Assembly: GCA_030602965.1 (NCBI GenBank)
Contig: JAUVYS010000001.1
Location: forward strand, 1-62,838
Origin: Candidatus Bathyarchaeota archaeon
GTDB taxonomy: Archaea > Thermoproteota > Bathyarchaeia > RBG-16-48-13 > JAGMEO01
Reading direction: 5' to 3'
Length of the DNA: 62,838 nt
Shown here: positions 38,566-47,482 of the stretch, piece by piece
How positions within the stretch are numbered: the stretch's first letter is position 1
Layout: the number at the start of each line of letters is the position of its first letter
The notes under the pieces: generated by a model
Told to the model about the DNA's origin: nothing
The model's database searches: none
What the model saw: only the letters and a program-made list of their open reading frames with translations
Position numbers and translations under genes: made by a program

Positions 38566-38694
38566 GCCGGGGTGGCTGAGCGGTTTAAAGCGCTGGACAC
38601 AATTTAAAAGACCAGAATCGAAATCCAGTTCTCCCTTTGACTTAATAATTAAGAAGGACCGAGAGCATGGGTTCAAATCCCATCCCCGGCGCCA
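38566..38694 (+). tRNA. tRNA-Ser (anticodon CGA) with two introns (anticodon loop 32/33 and variable arm); CCA encoded
   Basis: Acceptor GCCGGGG/CCCCGGC, discriminator G, D-arm TGGCTGAGCGGTTTAAAGCGC. Anticodon stem CTGGA/TCCAG encloses C[19 nt]TCGAAA. Long variable region TCTC...GAGA has about 22 extra nt including CTTAAT/ATTAAG. T-arm ATGGG-TTCAAAT-CCCAT. Confidence 0.75.
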
Positions 38695-38704
38695 ATTTAT
38701 CTTT

Positions 38705-39340
38705 TTAATGAATCGTTGAAGAAAGAACATCAATTTTTGTAATAATTCCAACCAATTTATCTTTATCCATAACGAGAACAGCAGGGTAGCCTCTTGATAA
38801 AATTACTAAAACACCTTCAAAATTTGATGATGGGTTGACAATCATGAAACGGTCTTCCATGATATTTTGGACAGGTTCATATACAATATTTTTTTTTCTC
38901 GATGTAAATATAATTTTATCAATTAATGTAGACTCTTGAATGCTTCCAACAATTTTTCCCTTTTTTGTAACAGGTATTTGAGAAATTCCATGTTTTCTCA
39001 TAAGTCTTACTACTTTATAAACGGGCTCCATTACGTCGATTGTGATAACAGGGCTATGCATGACATCTTTAGCTGAACGTTTTTCGAATACAGTGACAAC
39101 TGCATCAATAATTCTTTTTAAAGTAGAAAGACGGGGGTCAACAGTACCATTTTCAATACGAGCTATAAGTGACTGACTAACTCCAGCCTTTTTCGCCAGT
39201 TCTTTTTGAGTTAAATCTGCAATTTTTCTTAAATGCTTTATATCTTTTGGTGTTGGCAACTTTAAACTTACCAAATAATACAACTCCAAATTTAAGCGGA
39301 GAGTCAATAAAGATAACTTTTTTGGGTCCTTATATGTCAT
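38705..39340 (-). CDS. XRE-type HTH + CBS-pair domain regulator
   Basis: LTQKELAKKAGVSQSLIARIENG HTH followed by two CBS-like repeats (ISQIPVTKKGKIVGSI; PAVLVMDKDKLVGIITKIDV). Confidence 0.8.
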   Translation of the reverse strand: MTYKDPKKLSLLTLRLNLELYYLVSLKLPTPKDIKHLRKIADLTQKELAKKAGVSQSLIARIENGTVDPRLSTLKRIIDAVVTVFEKRSAKDVMHSPVITIDVMEPVYKVVRLMRKHGISQIPVTKKGKIVGSIQESTLIDKIIFTSRKKNIVYEPVQNIMEDRFMIVNPSSNFEGVLVILSRGYPAVLVMDKDKLVGIITKIDVLSSTIH

Positions 39341-39849
39341 TTTGACGATTCTTTTTTAGAAAGCATCTTTGACATAGCAAGTTCTTCAAGAGAAGAAATT
39401 AATTTTTTTCGTAAAAAGGTAAGGTTTTTAATATTTTCTTCTTTAGAATCGCCATTGTTAAGGGGTTTCCAAATTTTACGATAAGTCTCAACATACTCTT
39501 CTAAATGTTTTGAGATTTCTAAATATCTGTTTAACCGAGGCGTCTCTAAAATACCTAAATGCCCTAATAGAAGAATTGTATATATTGAACGGATAACATT
39601 CCTTTGAGCTTGACGTAAAGTTCTATTAAAAGCGCCACGACTTACACCCTTCCCAATTAATCGCAGTTGAGATTTATACTCATAAACTACGGGTTGTCCG
39701 ATTATTTCTTCAGCTAGAACGTCAATTAGAAACGTCTCTAGTTGCGTCTGTGTTAAATGGCTATTTTCAGCTAACGTTTTTACTAAGGGATCTTCTAAAG
39801 TAGTAACTAACCAACTCTTTACCTCTTCTCTAATATCAACAAAATCCAA
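39337..39849 (-). CDS. Hypothetical protein
   Basis: 170-aa ORF with a TTG start, 4-nt overlap with the downstream HTH-CBS gene. No clear motif. Confidence 0.45.
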   Translation of the reverse strand: MDFVDIREEVKSWLVTTLEDPLVKTLAENSHLTQTQLETFLIDVLAEEIIGQPVVYEYKSQLRLIGKGVSRGAFNRTLRQAQRNVIRSIYTILLLGHLGILETPRLNRYLEISKHLEEYVETYRKIWKPLNNGDSKEENIKNLTFLRKKLISSLEELAMSKMLSKKESSK

Positions 39850-40150
39850 ACTAAACCAACCTTTAAAATGGATACCGTTTTATATACATATAAAAACAGT
39901 GATGTCATCCTTTTTATTAGTTAAAAAATTGCTCAAAACTCTTTCTACTTGTTCTGTAGAACGACCAGTTTCTGAAAGCGGATGTTCTACAGACCCCTTC
40001 TTTTTTCTGAAATTACTCAACTATCTTTAATATTTGATGTATTCATCACGATGAATGGTATTTTAAAGTTGGAATAGTATCTACAAATAATCAAATAATT
40101 AAATAATAACCACAGAAAAAATTAATCTTGGATTATAGGAGGAATCAAGC

Positions 40151-40387
40151 ATCGGCAGACGTAAACGGAAGGTCATAAAAATAATAAGAAAAACCATTCC
40201 AAAAATTTTTCAATGCCCAAAATGTGGTAATAAGGCAATAGGAATCACTATAATAAAGAACAAGGCCTTAATTCAATGTGGAAATTGTGAATTAAAAGAA
40301 GAGCTCACATCAACAGCATCGGATGAGCCGGTTGACGTGTATTGTAAATTTATTGATCATTTCTACGGAGGATCTTCAAAATCATAA
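40151..40387 (+). CDS. Transcription elongation factor Elf1 homolog (zinc ribbon); ATC at the initiator position
   Basis: (I)GRRKRKVIKIIRKTIPKIFQCPKCGNK...CGNCELKEE...DEPVDVYCKFIDHF parallels eukaryotic Elf1 (MGKRK..., CxxC...CxxC, PVDVY). No ATG/GTG/TTG lies between the upstream stop (40136-40138) and the conserved core. AGGAGG sits 8 nt upstream of ATC. Confidence 0.7.
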   Translation: MGRRKRKVIKIIRKTIPKIFQCPKCGNKAIGITIIKNKALIQCGNCELKEELTSTASDEPVDVYCKFIDHFYGGSSKS

Positions 40388-40419
40388 TTATTTTAACTCT
40401 GTTCTAAATAGATAGATAT

Positions 40420-41172
40420 GTGATTTTGATGCGTCAAATAGAAAAATACATTCTACAAAAAATTCAAAAAAGCCCTATTCATATGACCCTTTTAGATCCT
40501 GAGAAAACACAGCCAAAACAAGCGTTAGAAATTGCTAAGGCAGCTGAAGTCGCAGGGACTTCAGCGATTATGATTGGGGGGTCAACTCTTATCACTCCTT
40601 ATGCTCTAGATGAAATTACCAAAGCAATAAAAGAGAAAGTAAAAATTCCAATTATTCTTTTTCCAGGAAATATATCTGGAGTATGTAAGTATGCTGATGC
40701 CATCTGGTTCATGTCTTTATTAAACTCTACCAATAGCTATTTCATAACTGGAGCACAAATCTTAGCAGCCCCATTAGTTAAAAAATATAGCCTTGAACCT
40801 ATCCCGATGGGATATATTATTGTAGGTGAGGGAGGTACAGCAGCGATAATAGGTCAAGTTAGACCAATACCCTATAATAAACCAGAAATTTCTGCGCTTT
40901 ATGCTTTAGCAGCACAATATCTCGGAATGCATTTTATTTATCTTGAGGCTGGATCAGGAGCTACAAAACCAGTACCTTCAAACATGATCAAGTTAGTAAG
41001 AAGTTACATAGATATTCCTATAATCGTTGGAGGAGGCATAAGGACAGGTATAGATGTCCAAAACGCTGTAAAAGCAGGAGCAAACATAATTATCACAGGT
41101 ACTATAGTAGAAGAGGAACCATTAATTAAAGAAAAAATTGCTGATTTAGTAAATAATTTACACAGTAAATAA
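40420..41172 (+). CDS. Geranylgeranylglyceryl phosphate synthase (PcrB/GGGPS family)
   Basis: MIGGS, YLEAGSGA and VGGGIRT motifs. Start could be GTG 40420, TTG 40426 or ATG 40429. Confidence 0.9.
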   Translation: MILMRQIEKYILQKIQKSPIHMTLLDPEKTQPKQALEIAKAAEVAGTSAIMIGGSTLITPYALDEITKAIKEKVKIPIILFPGNISGVCKYADAIWFMSLLNSTNSYFITGAQILAAPLVKKYSLEPIPMGYIIVGEGGTAAIIGQVRPIPYNKPEISALYALAAQYLGMHFIYLEAGSGATKPVPSNMIKLVRSYIDIPIIVGGGIRTGIDVQNAVKAGANIIITGTIVEEEPLIKEKIADLVNNLHSK

Positions 41173-41322
41173 ACATTGTAAATATTAATTCTTATAATAA
41201 TTAAAAGAACATTTTTCGCAAATTTTTGTAAATAATATTAAAGATTATAATTGTGTTTGATCATTCTAACCAATAGTGTCTTTATTAGTGCGTTAATACT
41301 TTGACTTTTTAGGTACTGTTTC

Positions 41323-44300
41323 TTGGACTTAGTTGCAACTGAAGAATATCAACGATACTTCATTCATATAGAACAAAGATTGCAAGAACTCTATAAAATC
41401 GCAAAAAAAGCAAAACAAACTGGGATTGATCCTTTATTAGAGCCTGAACCAAAGATTGCTAAAGATCTTGCCGAGATGGTTGAAGGACTAGTTGGTCCTC
41501 CTAGAGTTGCAAAAAGAATACGTGAACTAAGTGGCAAAATAAGTCTTGAAAAAATCGCGTTAAAAATAGCTGAAGAGATTGTCCATGCTAAATTTGGTCA
41601 CATGGAAGAACAAGTGGTCCTTGAACAAGCAATAAAAACAGCTCTTGCTATTCTCACAGGGGGAATTACTGCAGCACCACTTCAGGGAATATCTAGTGTT
41701 AAAATTAAACAGAATTTGGATCAAACTCGTTACCTCGCTATATATTTTGCAGGTCCAATTCGGTCGGCTGGAGGCACTGAACAGGCTTTAATTCTTGTAA
41801 TAGGCGACTTTATACGTCGAAGGTTAGGTCTTGATCGGTATAAACCAATTGACTTTGAGATCCGTCGTTTTATTGAAGAAATTCGTATTTATGAGAGAGA
41901 AGTGTCGCGCTTCCAGTATCATGTTTCCGATAAAGATCTTAAAATTATTATCCGAAATCTCCCAGTTGAAGTAACGGGAATTAAAACAGACAACATTGAA
42001 GTTGTCTCTTTTAGAAACCTTCCTAGAATAGAAACAAATAGTGTAAGAGGTGGTGCACTTCGTGTAATAAACGATGGTGTATTTGGAAGGTCAAGAAAGA
42101 TATGGAAAATAGTGGATGAATTTGGAATAGAAGGGTGGGACTGGTTAAAAAAACTAGAAATAAAAGAAACGCAAAGTGAAAAGCCTGAATCCCAGTATAT
42201 GGAAGATGTAATTGCTGGACGTCCTATTTTCTCTTTTCCTTCAAGAATAGAAGGTTTTAGACTAAGATATGGCAGAGCAAGAAATACAGGATTAGCTGCT
42301 TTAGGTATTCATCCAGCTACAATGATTATTTTACAAAACTTTCTAGCGGCTGGGACCCAAATTCGCATCGAGATGCCTGGAAAAGCAGGTATAGTGCTTC
42401 CGGTTGAAACAATAATGCCGCCAATTGTCAGGCTTAAAGACGGGTCAGTTATTCGCATCGAATCTTTATCAATAGCATCCTCTGTAAAAAATGATGTCGA
42501 AAAAATTTTGTTTTTAGGGGACCTCCTCGTAGGCTTTGGTGAATTTATAGAAAATAATAAAGCCTTGGTTCCCAGTGGTTATGTAGAAGAATGGTGGACT
42601 CAAGATTTATTATTAAAAATAAAGACAATCTACCAAGGTTCTTTTAAAGAAGCTGGAAAAGTATCTGCTATTGATCATGCTCGTTTAAAGGAATTGGTAG
42701 AAAAGCCGTTTGAAACGAAACCAACCTTTAAAGAAGCACTTAACATTTCCAAGCAACTGAATGTGCCGCTTCACCCTTGTTATACTTACTTGTGGAAAGT
42801 TATCGATGTAAATGAACTTTTGAAACTTAGAAATAGTTTAATTAAATCAGATAAAACAACAAAGAACAGTGTTATTGAAACCTTTAAGCTTCCATTGGAT
42901 GTTAAATTAAAGTCTATTTTAGAACGTATACGTCTTCCACATCGAATATCCAATGGTAATATCATAATTGACGCAAACGCTGAGGCTTTAGCTTTTTGCC
43001 TTAAAATCGACGATAAAAAAATCAGGATAAAAAAGGAAAAGACTACTCTAGAGACCATTAAAAAAATATCTGGAATAAATTTCCGTGATGTTGGTGGAAC
43101 CCCTATAGGTGCGAGAATGGGGCGACCTGAAAAAGCAAAACCCAGGGTAATGTCTCCCCCAGTTCATGCACTCTTTCCAGTAAGCTTGGCTGGAGGACCA
43201 TATAGAAACGTATTAGAAGCCGTAAAAAAGGGAGAAATCCAAGTCGAAGTTTCGAGAAGAAGATGCCCCAAATGTAACGCCATAACCTTCAGGCGTTATT
43301 GTTTAATGTGCGAAGAAAAAACAGTTGAAGAGAACACATGCCCTAAGTGTAATCATATAATTACCGAAGCAATTTGTCCCGTCTGTAATGTTAGTGTTGT
43401 AAGTTACAATCTTCGTTCTCTAAATGTCAAGGCTATCTACAATGAAGCGTGTAAAAAGCTGGGTGTTCGTTCTATAGGACTAGTTAAAGGAGTTAGAGGT
43501 CTGACAAGTGAAACAAAAACGCCTGAACCCCTAGAGAAAGGAATCTTAAGAGCTAATCATGGTCTTTTTGTCTATAAAGATGGGACCATACGCTTCGACG
43601 CAACAGATGCACCATTAACACATTTTAAACCATTAGAGATAAACACTTCAATAAAACAACTAAAAAAACTTGGATACACTCATGATAAAGACGGAAAACC
43701 ACTTCAGAACCCTAATCAAATATGTGAGCTCAAAGTACAAGATGTCCTTTTGAATAAAAAGGGTGTTGATTATCTAATTAAAACAGCCCATTTCATAGAT
43801 GATCTTCTCCAGAGAGTGTATGGACTGCCATCATATTACAATGTAAATAATGTAAAAGACATCTTTGGACATCTAATAATAGGGCTAGCACCACACACAT
43901 TAGCTGGAGTAATAGGAAGGATAATAGGCTTCACTGAGGCGCGAGTCTGCTTTGCACACCCCTTATGGCATAATATGAAAAGAAGAGATTGTGATGGTGA
44001 TGAAGACACAGTTATGTTAGCTCTTGATCCGCTAATTAACTTTTCAAAAGCATATCTTCCAGCCCAAATAGGAGGAATAATGGATACACCCCTTCTTATA
44101 CTTTCAATAATTAATCCCTTAGAGGTAGATGAAGCACATAACATTGACGTAACTAGTAACTATCCCTTAAATTTCTATGAGAGCACCCTTATTAACTCAG
44201 ATCCAAAAAAGGCAGCACAATATATAGACACCATCGCTAACAGGCTTGGTTTACCAGCCCAGTTCCAAGGCTATAGTTACACTCATCATATCACAAATAT

Positions 44301-44736
44301 AAACAATGGAAATCATGAAAGTGCATATATGCAGCTGGGGACGATGTCAAATAAAGTAGCAAGCCAACTACTCCTAGCCGATAAAATCGAAGCAGTTGAA
44401 GTAATTGAAGTAGCAGAACGTGTTCTAACAACCCACTTTATACGAGACATCGTTGGAAACCTCAGAGCCTTTACAACTCAAAAATTTAGATGTAAAATAT
44501 GTAACGCAAAATTTAGAAGGATGCCGCTATCTGGAAAATGTCCTTACTGTAAGAACGAAATTGTTTTAACTGTTCATAGAGGAGGCATAGAAAAATATCT
44601 AAACATATCTAGTTATCTAGTAAAAAAATACAATATCAGACAGTATTACAAACAGAGAATTGACCTTGTGAAAGACGAGATAGACCTATTATTTAGATCA
44701 AGAGAGAAACAAATTCACATTTCAGATTTCATGTGA
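41323..44736 (+). CDS. DNA polymerase II (PolD) large subunit DP2
   Basis: 1137-aa ORF with the characteristic cysteine clusters (CPKCN...CLMCEE...CPKCN...CPVCN; CKICNAKF...CPYCK) and the catalytic-core segment NMKRRDCDGDED. No intein-like insertion seen. Confidence 0.95.
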   Translation: MDLVATEEYQRYFIHIEQRLQELYKIAKKAKQTGIDPLLEPEPKIAKDLAEMVEGLVGPPRVAKRIRELSGKISLEKIALKIAEEIVHAKFGHMEEQVVLEQAIKTALAILTGGITAAPLQGISSVKIKQNLDQTRYLAIYFAGPIRSAGGTEQALILVIGDFIRRRLGLDRYKPIDFEIRRFIEEIRIYEREVSRFQYHVSDKDLKIIIRNLPVEVTGIKTDNIEVVSFRNLPRIETNSVRGGALRVINDGVFGRSRKIWKIVDEFGIEGWDWLKKLEIKETQSEKPESQYMEDVIAGRPIFSFPSRIEGFRLRYGRARNTGLAALGIHPATMIILQNFLAAGTQIRIEMPGKAGIVLPVETIMPPIVRLKDGSVIRIESLSIASSVKNDVEKILFLGDLLVGFGEFIENNKALVPSGYVEEWWTQDLLLKIKTIYQGSFKEAGKVSAIDHARLKELVEKPFETKPTFKEALNISKQLNVPLHPCYTYLWKVIDVNELLKLRNSLIKSDKTTKNSVIETFKLPLDVKLKSILERIRLPHRISNGNIIIDANAEALAFCLKIDDKKIRIKKEKTTLETIKKISGINFRDVGGTPIGARMGRPEKAKPRVMSPPVHALFPVSLAGGPYRNVLEAVKKGEIQVEVSRRRCPKCNAITFRRYCLMCEEKTVEENTCPKCNHIITEAICPVCNVSVVSYNLRSLNVKAIYNEACKKLGVRSIGLVKGVRGLTSETKTPEPLEKGILRANHGLFVYKDGTIRFDATDAPLTHFKPLEINTSIKQLKKLGYTHDKDGKPLQNPNQICELKVQDVLLNKKGVDYLIKTAHFIDDLLQRVYGLPSYYNVNNVKDIFGHLIIGLAPHTLAGVIGRIIGFTEARVCFAHPLWHNMKRRDCDGDEDTVMLALDPLINFSKAYLPAQIGGIMDTPLLILSIINPLEVDEAHNIDVTSNYPLNFYESTLINSDPKKAAQYIDTIANRLGLPAQFQGYSYTHHITNINNGNHESAYMQLGTMSNKVASQLLLADKIEAVEVIEVAERVLTTHFIRDIVGNLRAFTTQKFRCKICNAKFRRMPLSGKCPYCKNEIVLTVHRGGIEKYLNISSYLVKKYNIRQYYKQRIDLVKDEIDLLFRSREKQIHISDFM

Positions 44737-44773
44737 GGACAGGTAATTCTGGCTATAGTTGGCTGTTGCGTTT

Positions 44774-45040
44774 ATGACCTATAATCCAAATGCATACTTG
44801 TATAAAATCAGAAATGTAAAAACAGGCTTGGAGCTACGTACAAAAATTTTGACAATTTTAGAAGCTGCTCCACAGACGGCTAAAGAAACCGCATCTAAAC
44901 TCAAAAAAACATACTCAAGCATTATGCGGCAACTTCATCATCTTAGAAATGAGAAACTTATTGATAGGGAAAGACAGAAAGCGTCTTACGTGTGGTATAC
45001 GACAGGAATAGGACAGAAAAAATTAAACGAGCTGATTTGA
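44774..45040 (+). CDS. Small winged-helix (ArsR-like) DNA-binding protein
   Basis: RTKILTILEAAPQTAKETASKLKKTYSSIMRQLHHLRNEKLIDRE...YVWYTT pattern. The track ORF starts at TTG 44759. Confidence 0.55.
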   Translation: MTYNPNAYLYKIRNVKTGLELRTKILTILEAAPQTAKETASKLKKTYSSIMRQLHHLRNEKLIDRERQKASYVWYTTGIGQKKLNELI

Positions 45041-45335
45041 TGAGACAAACTCAAAAACATTGAACCGCGGCAAGAATAAAATTGGAATGGGTTTTTATTG
45101 ACACATCAGTGAATTTGAAAGGATGATAAAAAAGATTTTATGAACAGCTGATTCAGAAAGAGTAATTCTTAAAACTAGAAAAAGTCATCTTGGCTCGACA
45201 CAAGAATTTTTGTCCTAAATATCAAGACCTCACAGGTGCTTTAGAATTCTAACTAATGTTGCTAATCATTACTTTGAATGTCAATATTTAATTAGTACCT
45301 GTGTTAATTTTAAACGGAACTTCGGAGGATGAAAT

Positions 45336-45509
45336 ATGAGTTCAAGAAGAAAAAAACGTGGTGACGCTCCTCTTCCGACCGCATCTGCTGGCTTGCTCAG
45401 ATTTTACGAAGCAGAAACGACATCTGTTATTAAACTTCGACCGGAAATCGTCATTATTCTTTCAATAGTTTTAATCGTTGGCGTAATTATTGCTCGTATG
45501 ATTCTATAG
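45336..45509 (+). CDS. Preprotein translocase subunit Sec61-beta
   Basis: 57-aa ORF below the track cutoff: MSSRRKKRGDAPLPTASAGLLRFYEAETTSVIKLRPEIVIILSIVLIVGVIIARMIL (AGL.R.Y motif plus one C-terminal TM). GGAGG lies 7 nt upstream of the ATG. Confidence 0.75.
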   Translation: MSSRRKKRGDAPLPTASAGLLRFYEAETTSVIKLRPEIVIILSIVLIVGVIIARMIL

Positions 45510-46454
45510 ATAATCAGCCAATCGCCTTTGATGTAAAGGGGTAAGTGGCTTTGCGTTTATACCAAGTTTTTCATGAATAAATTTTGCGAATTCTTCCTTG
45601 TAACCGTGAACAGTATACACTTTTCTAGGCGAAGCTTCTTCAACATAGTTCTTGAGTTGTATAAAATCTGCGTGTGAGCTAAGAGGAAAAGCTGTTTTAA
45701 TTCCATATGTGGCTGTTTTAAATTTTAATGCCCATCCTGTTACAATTGCCCAACATGCGTTTTCAATTTGCATTGAGGATCGAGATGTAGGAATAACATA
45801 TACACATTGATGTTTACGAATAAGTTCCTTTCCTTCTTCATTTTTAGAATTGATGAAATCCAATGAGATCCCATATTTCATATAGACCTTGTTTACTTTA
45901 GCTATCGTTGGATGAGTAACTACAGGTATCTCCGTAAAAGTGTTTAGAAGTTTTACAATTTCTTGAGCTTTACCAGCGGAATATGCTTGAAAAACTGGGC
46001 TTCTTTTATTTTGAACCTGTTTTAAAACCCATTTGACTATATCTAAATACAAGTCTTCTCTTTCAGGAAAGACATAAAATGGATGTCCATAAGTAGCTTC
46101 TAGAATTAAAACATCACAGGATGAGGCTTTTGCTGCTTTAGTGGTCAAAGTATCAACACAGTTTATGTCCCCTGAATACAGAATGCTTGTTTCAGGCGTT
46201 TGAATTTTGTATTGTGTAGACCCGAGTATGTGTCCTGCATTATAAGCAGACACTTCGATATCATCTAGATACACGGTATCGCCAAATTTGAGAGCCTTAA
46301 AATCTAGGACATTTCCTCCTCGTGCTAAGTAAATTTCCTTTGTTTCTATTGTGGAATAATTAACTGTTTTTGATTCAAAGCCTGCGACGTGATCGCTATG
46401 TGCGTGAGAAATAAAATTTCTTGTAGTTAGAGATTTACCTTCTCTTGAATCCAA
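45504..46454 (-). CDS. Metallo-beta-lactamase-fold (beta-CASP-like) hydrolase, probable RNA-processing nuclease
   Basis: ISHAHSDH (HxHxDH), GHILGS, later His/Asp motifs (SSHAD, HG). The frame stays open upstream to about 46517 (TDTNIGWAEGTVISTRKAVIRLD) with no canonical start, so the true start is unresolved. Confidence 0.7.
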   Translation of the reverse strand: MDSREGKSLTTRNFISHAHSDHVAGFESKTVNYSTIETKEIYLARGGNVLDFKALKFGDTVYLDDIEVSAYNAGHILGSTQYKIQTPETSILYSGDINCVDTLTTKAAKASSCDVLILEATYGHPFYVFPEREDLYLDIVKWVLKQVQNKRSPVFQAYSAGKAQEIVKLLNTFTEIPVVTHPTIAKVNKVYMKYGISLDFINSKNEEGKELIRKHQCVYVIPTSRSSMQIENACWAIVTGWALKFKTATYGIKTAFPLSSHADFIQLKNYVEEASPRKVYTVHGYKEEFAKFIHEKLGINAKPLTPLHQRRLADYL

Positions 46455-46541
46455 GCGAATAACGGCTTTTCGTGTTGAGATTACAGTGCCTTCTGCCCAC
46501 CCGATGTTAGTATCCGTCGTTTAGCCCCCCTTATGTCAGTG

Positions 46542-46799
46542 TTAGTGGAGGACTTCTATTCTTAAGACAGCGTTTAGATTGATAAAGACCTCACTTCTAT
46601 CTTCCCGGCTTACAATTTGAGGTAAAGGTTGAGCAAGAGTAGATCTAAATGTTACAGCATCAGCATTAGACAGCCATATTCCAGGGGGGTCATCAGAAAC
46701 AGCTACAAGAATCCCCTCGTAACCAAAATCACGATCAAACACTACTCGAATTCGCTTGTCTATTTTTTTTTCAATTAATTGAAAAACCGTGGGGTTCAT
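46542..46799 (-). CDS. Sm-like (LSm) fold protein
   Basis: IDKRIRVVFDRDFGYEGILVAVSD...IWLSNA (Sm1-like) and VFINLNAVLRIEVL (Sm2-like). Pattern-level only. Confidence 0.45.
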   Translation of the reverse strand: MNPTVFQLIEKKIDKRIRVVFDRDFGYEGILVAVSDDPPGIWLSNADAVTFRSTLAQPLPQIVSREDRSEVFINLNAVLRIEVLH

Positions 46800-46887
46800 T
46801 GAGAAGTGCTTCTCCTATAGAAACGAATCTTTATTGCAACAAATAAAGGTTTCATTATTTAGGCATATTTTATTATTTTATTTGTTC

Positions 46888-47427
46888 TCATTTTTTGGTT
46901 CGTTTAATTTTCCTTCTTTTCACCTTACCTGGGCGATCAGATATTATGGCACTATTCCCCAAAGGATCTGTAATAATAATTGTAAACACAAGTTCAGCTC
47001 TTTTTGCTGCTTCCAACTTTATGTTAAATTCTTTAGACTTCATTTGATTACGTATAATCTTTGTTTTATCTAAAATCCGTTCAAGCACTCCTTCGACGTT
47101 AGAAATAAATCCTTCAGCCTTAGGTCCAGGAGATATTTTTATTCCTAACTCAGGAATTTTAATTGTGGCGGTACTTGATCTGAGAACTCTTGTTAGAAGA
47201 TCTTGAGGTTTTTCAATCCTCATTTCATACTGGCATGGCTCATGAAATTCTAAGGACATGACATCACTTCGTCGAAAACCACATCTTTTACAAAGCGTCA
47301 TTGTTAACAACATTTTTCCAAAATTTGGTATAACATAATTTGTTTCGGTTACAACCACTGGACATTTATTGCAAACAGGGCATACTGCCTCTTCTAAAAC
47401 GTATTTTTTTATTGATAGTTCTTTCAT
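46888..47427 (-). CDS. ZPR1-type zinc-finger protein
   Basis: CPVCNK...(23 aa)...CKRCG zinc-finger spacing followed by a ZPR1-like beta domain. Confidence 0.75.
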   Translation of the reverse strand: MKELSIKKYVLEEAVCPVCNKCPVVVTETNYVIPNFGKMLLTMTLCKRCGFRRSDVMSLEFHEPCQYEMRIEKPQDLLTRVLRSSTATIKIPELGIKISPGPKAEGFISNVEGVLERILDKTKIIRNQMKSKEFNIKLEAAKRAELVFTIIITDPLGNSAIISDRPGKVKRRKIKRTKK

Positions 47428-47482
47428 ATCTTTTTCCTGTAATTTTTAAGTGCACTAATTAAATTAATTACACACTTAAAAA

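Noticed and set aside
38563-38751. 62-aa minus-strand ORF from the track.
   Set aside because: It lies almost entirely antisense to the tRNA-Ser gene, and its GC-rich codons simply mirror the tRNA.
39880-40020. 45-aa TTG-initiated minus-strand ORF (MSNFRKKKGSVEHPLSETGRSTEQVERVLSNFL...) upstream of 39849.
   Set aside because: Too short, no motif, and a weak start context. It could equally be a 5' leader.
41323-44736. Checked the large replication and RNR genes (DP2, NrdD, Orc1/Cdc6) for inteins.
   Set aside because: Lengths are ordinary, and no intein-like block (Cys/Ser-start insertion ending in HN plus nucleophile) interrupts the conserved motifs.
45121-45160. Possible C/D-box sRNA (GGATGATAA ... 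CTGA) in the 295-nt intergenic region before Sec61-beta.
   Set aside because: The C box is imperfect, the C-to-D distance is only about 27 nt, and no C'/D' pair or terminal stem was found.
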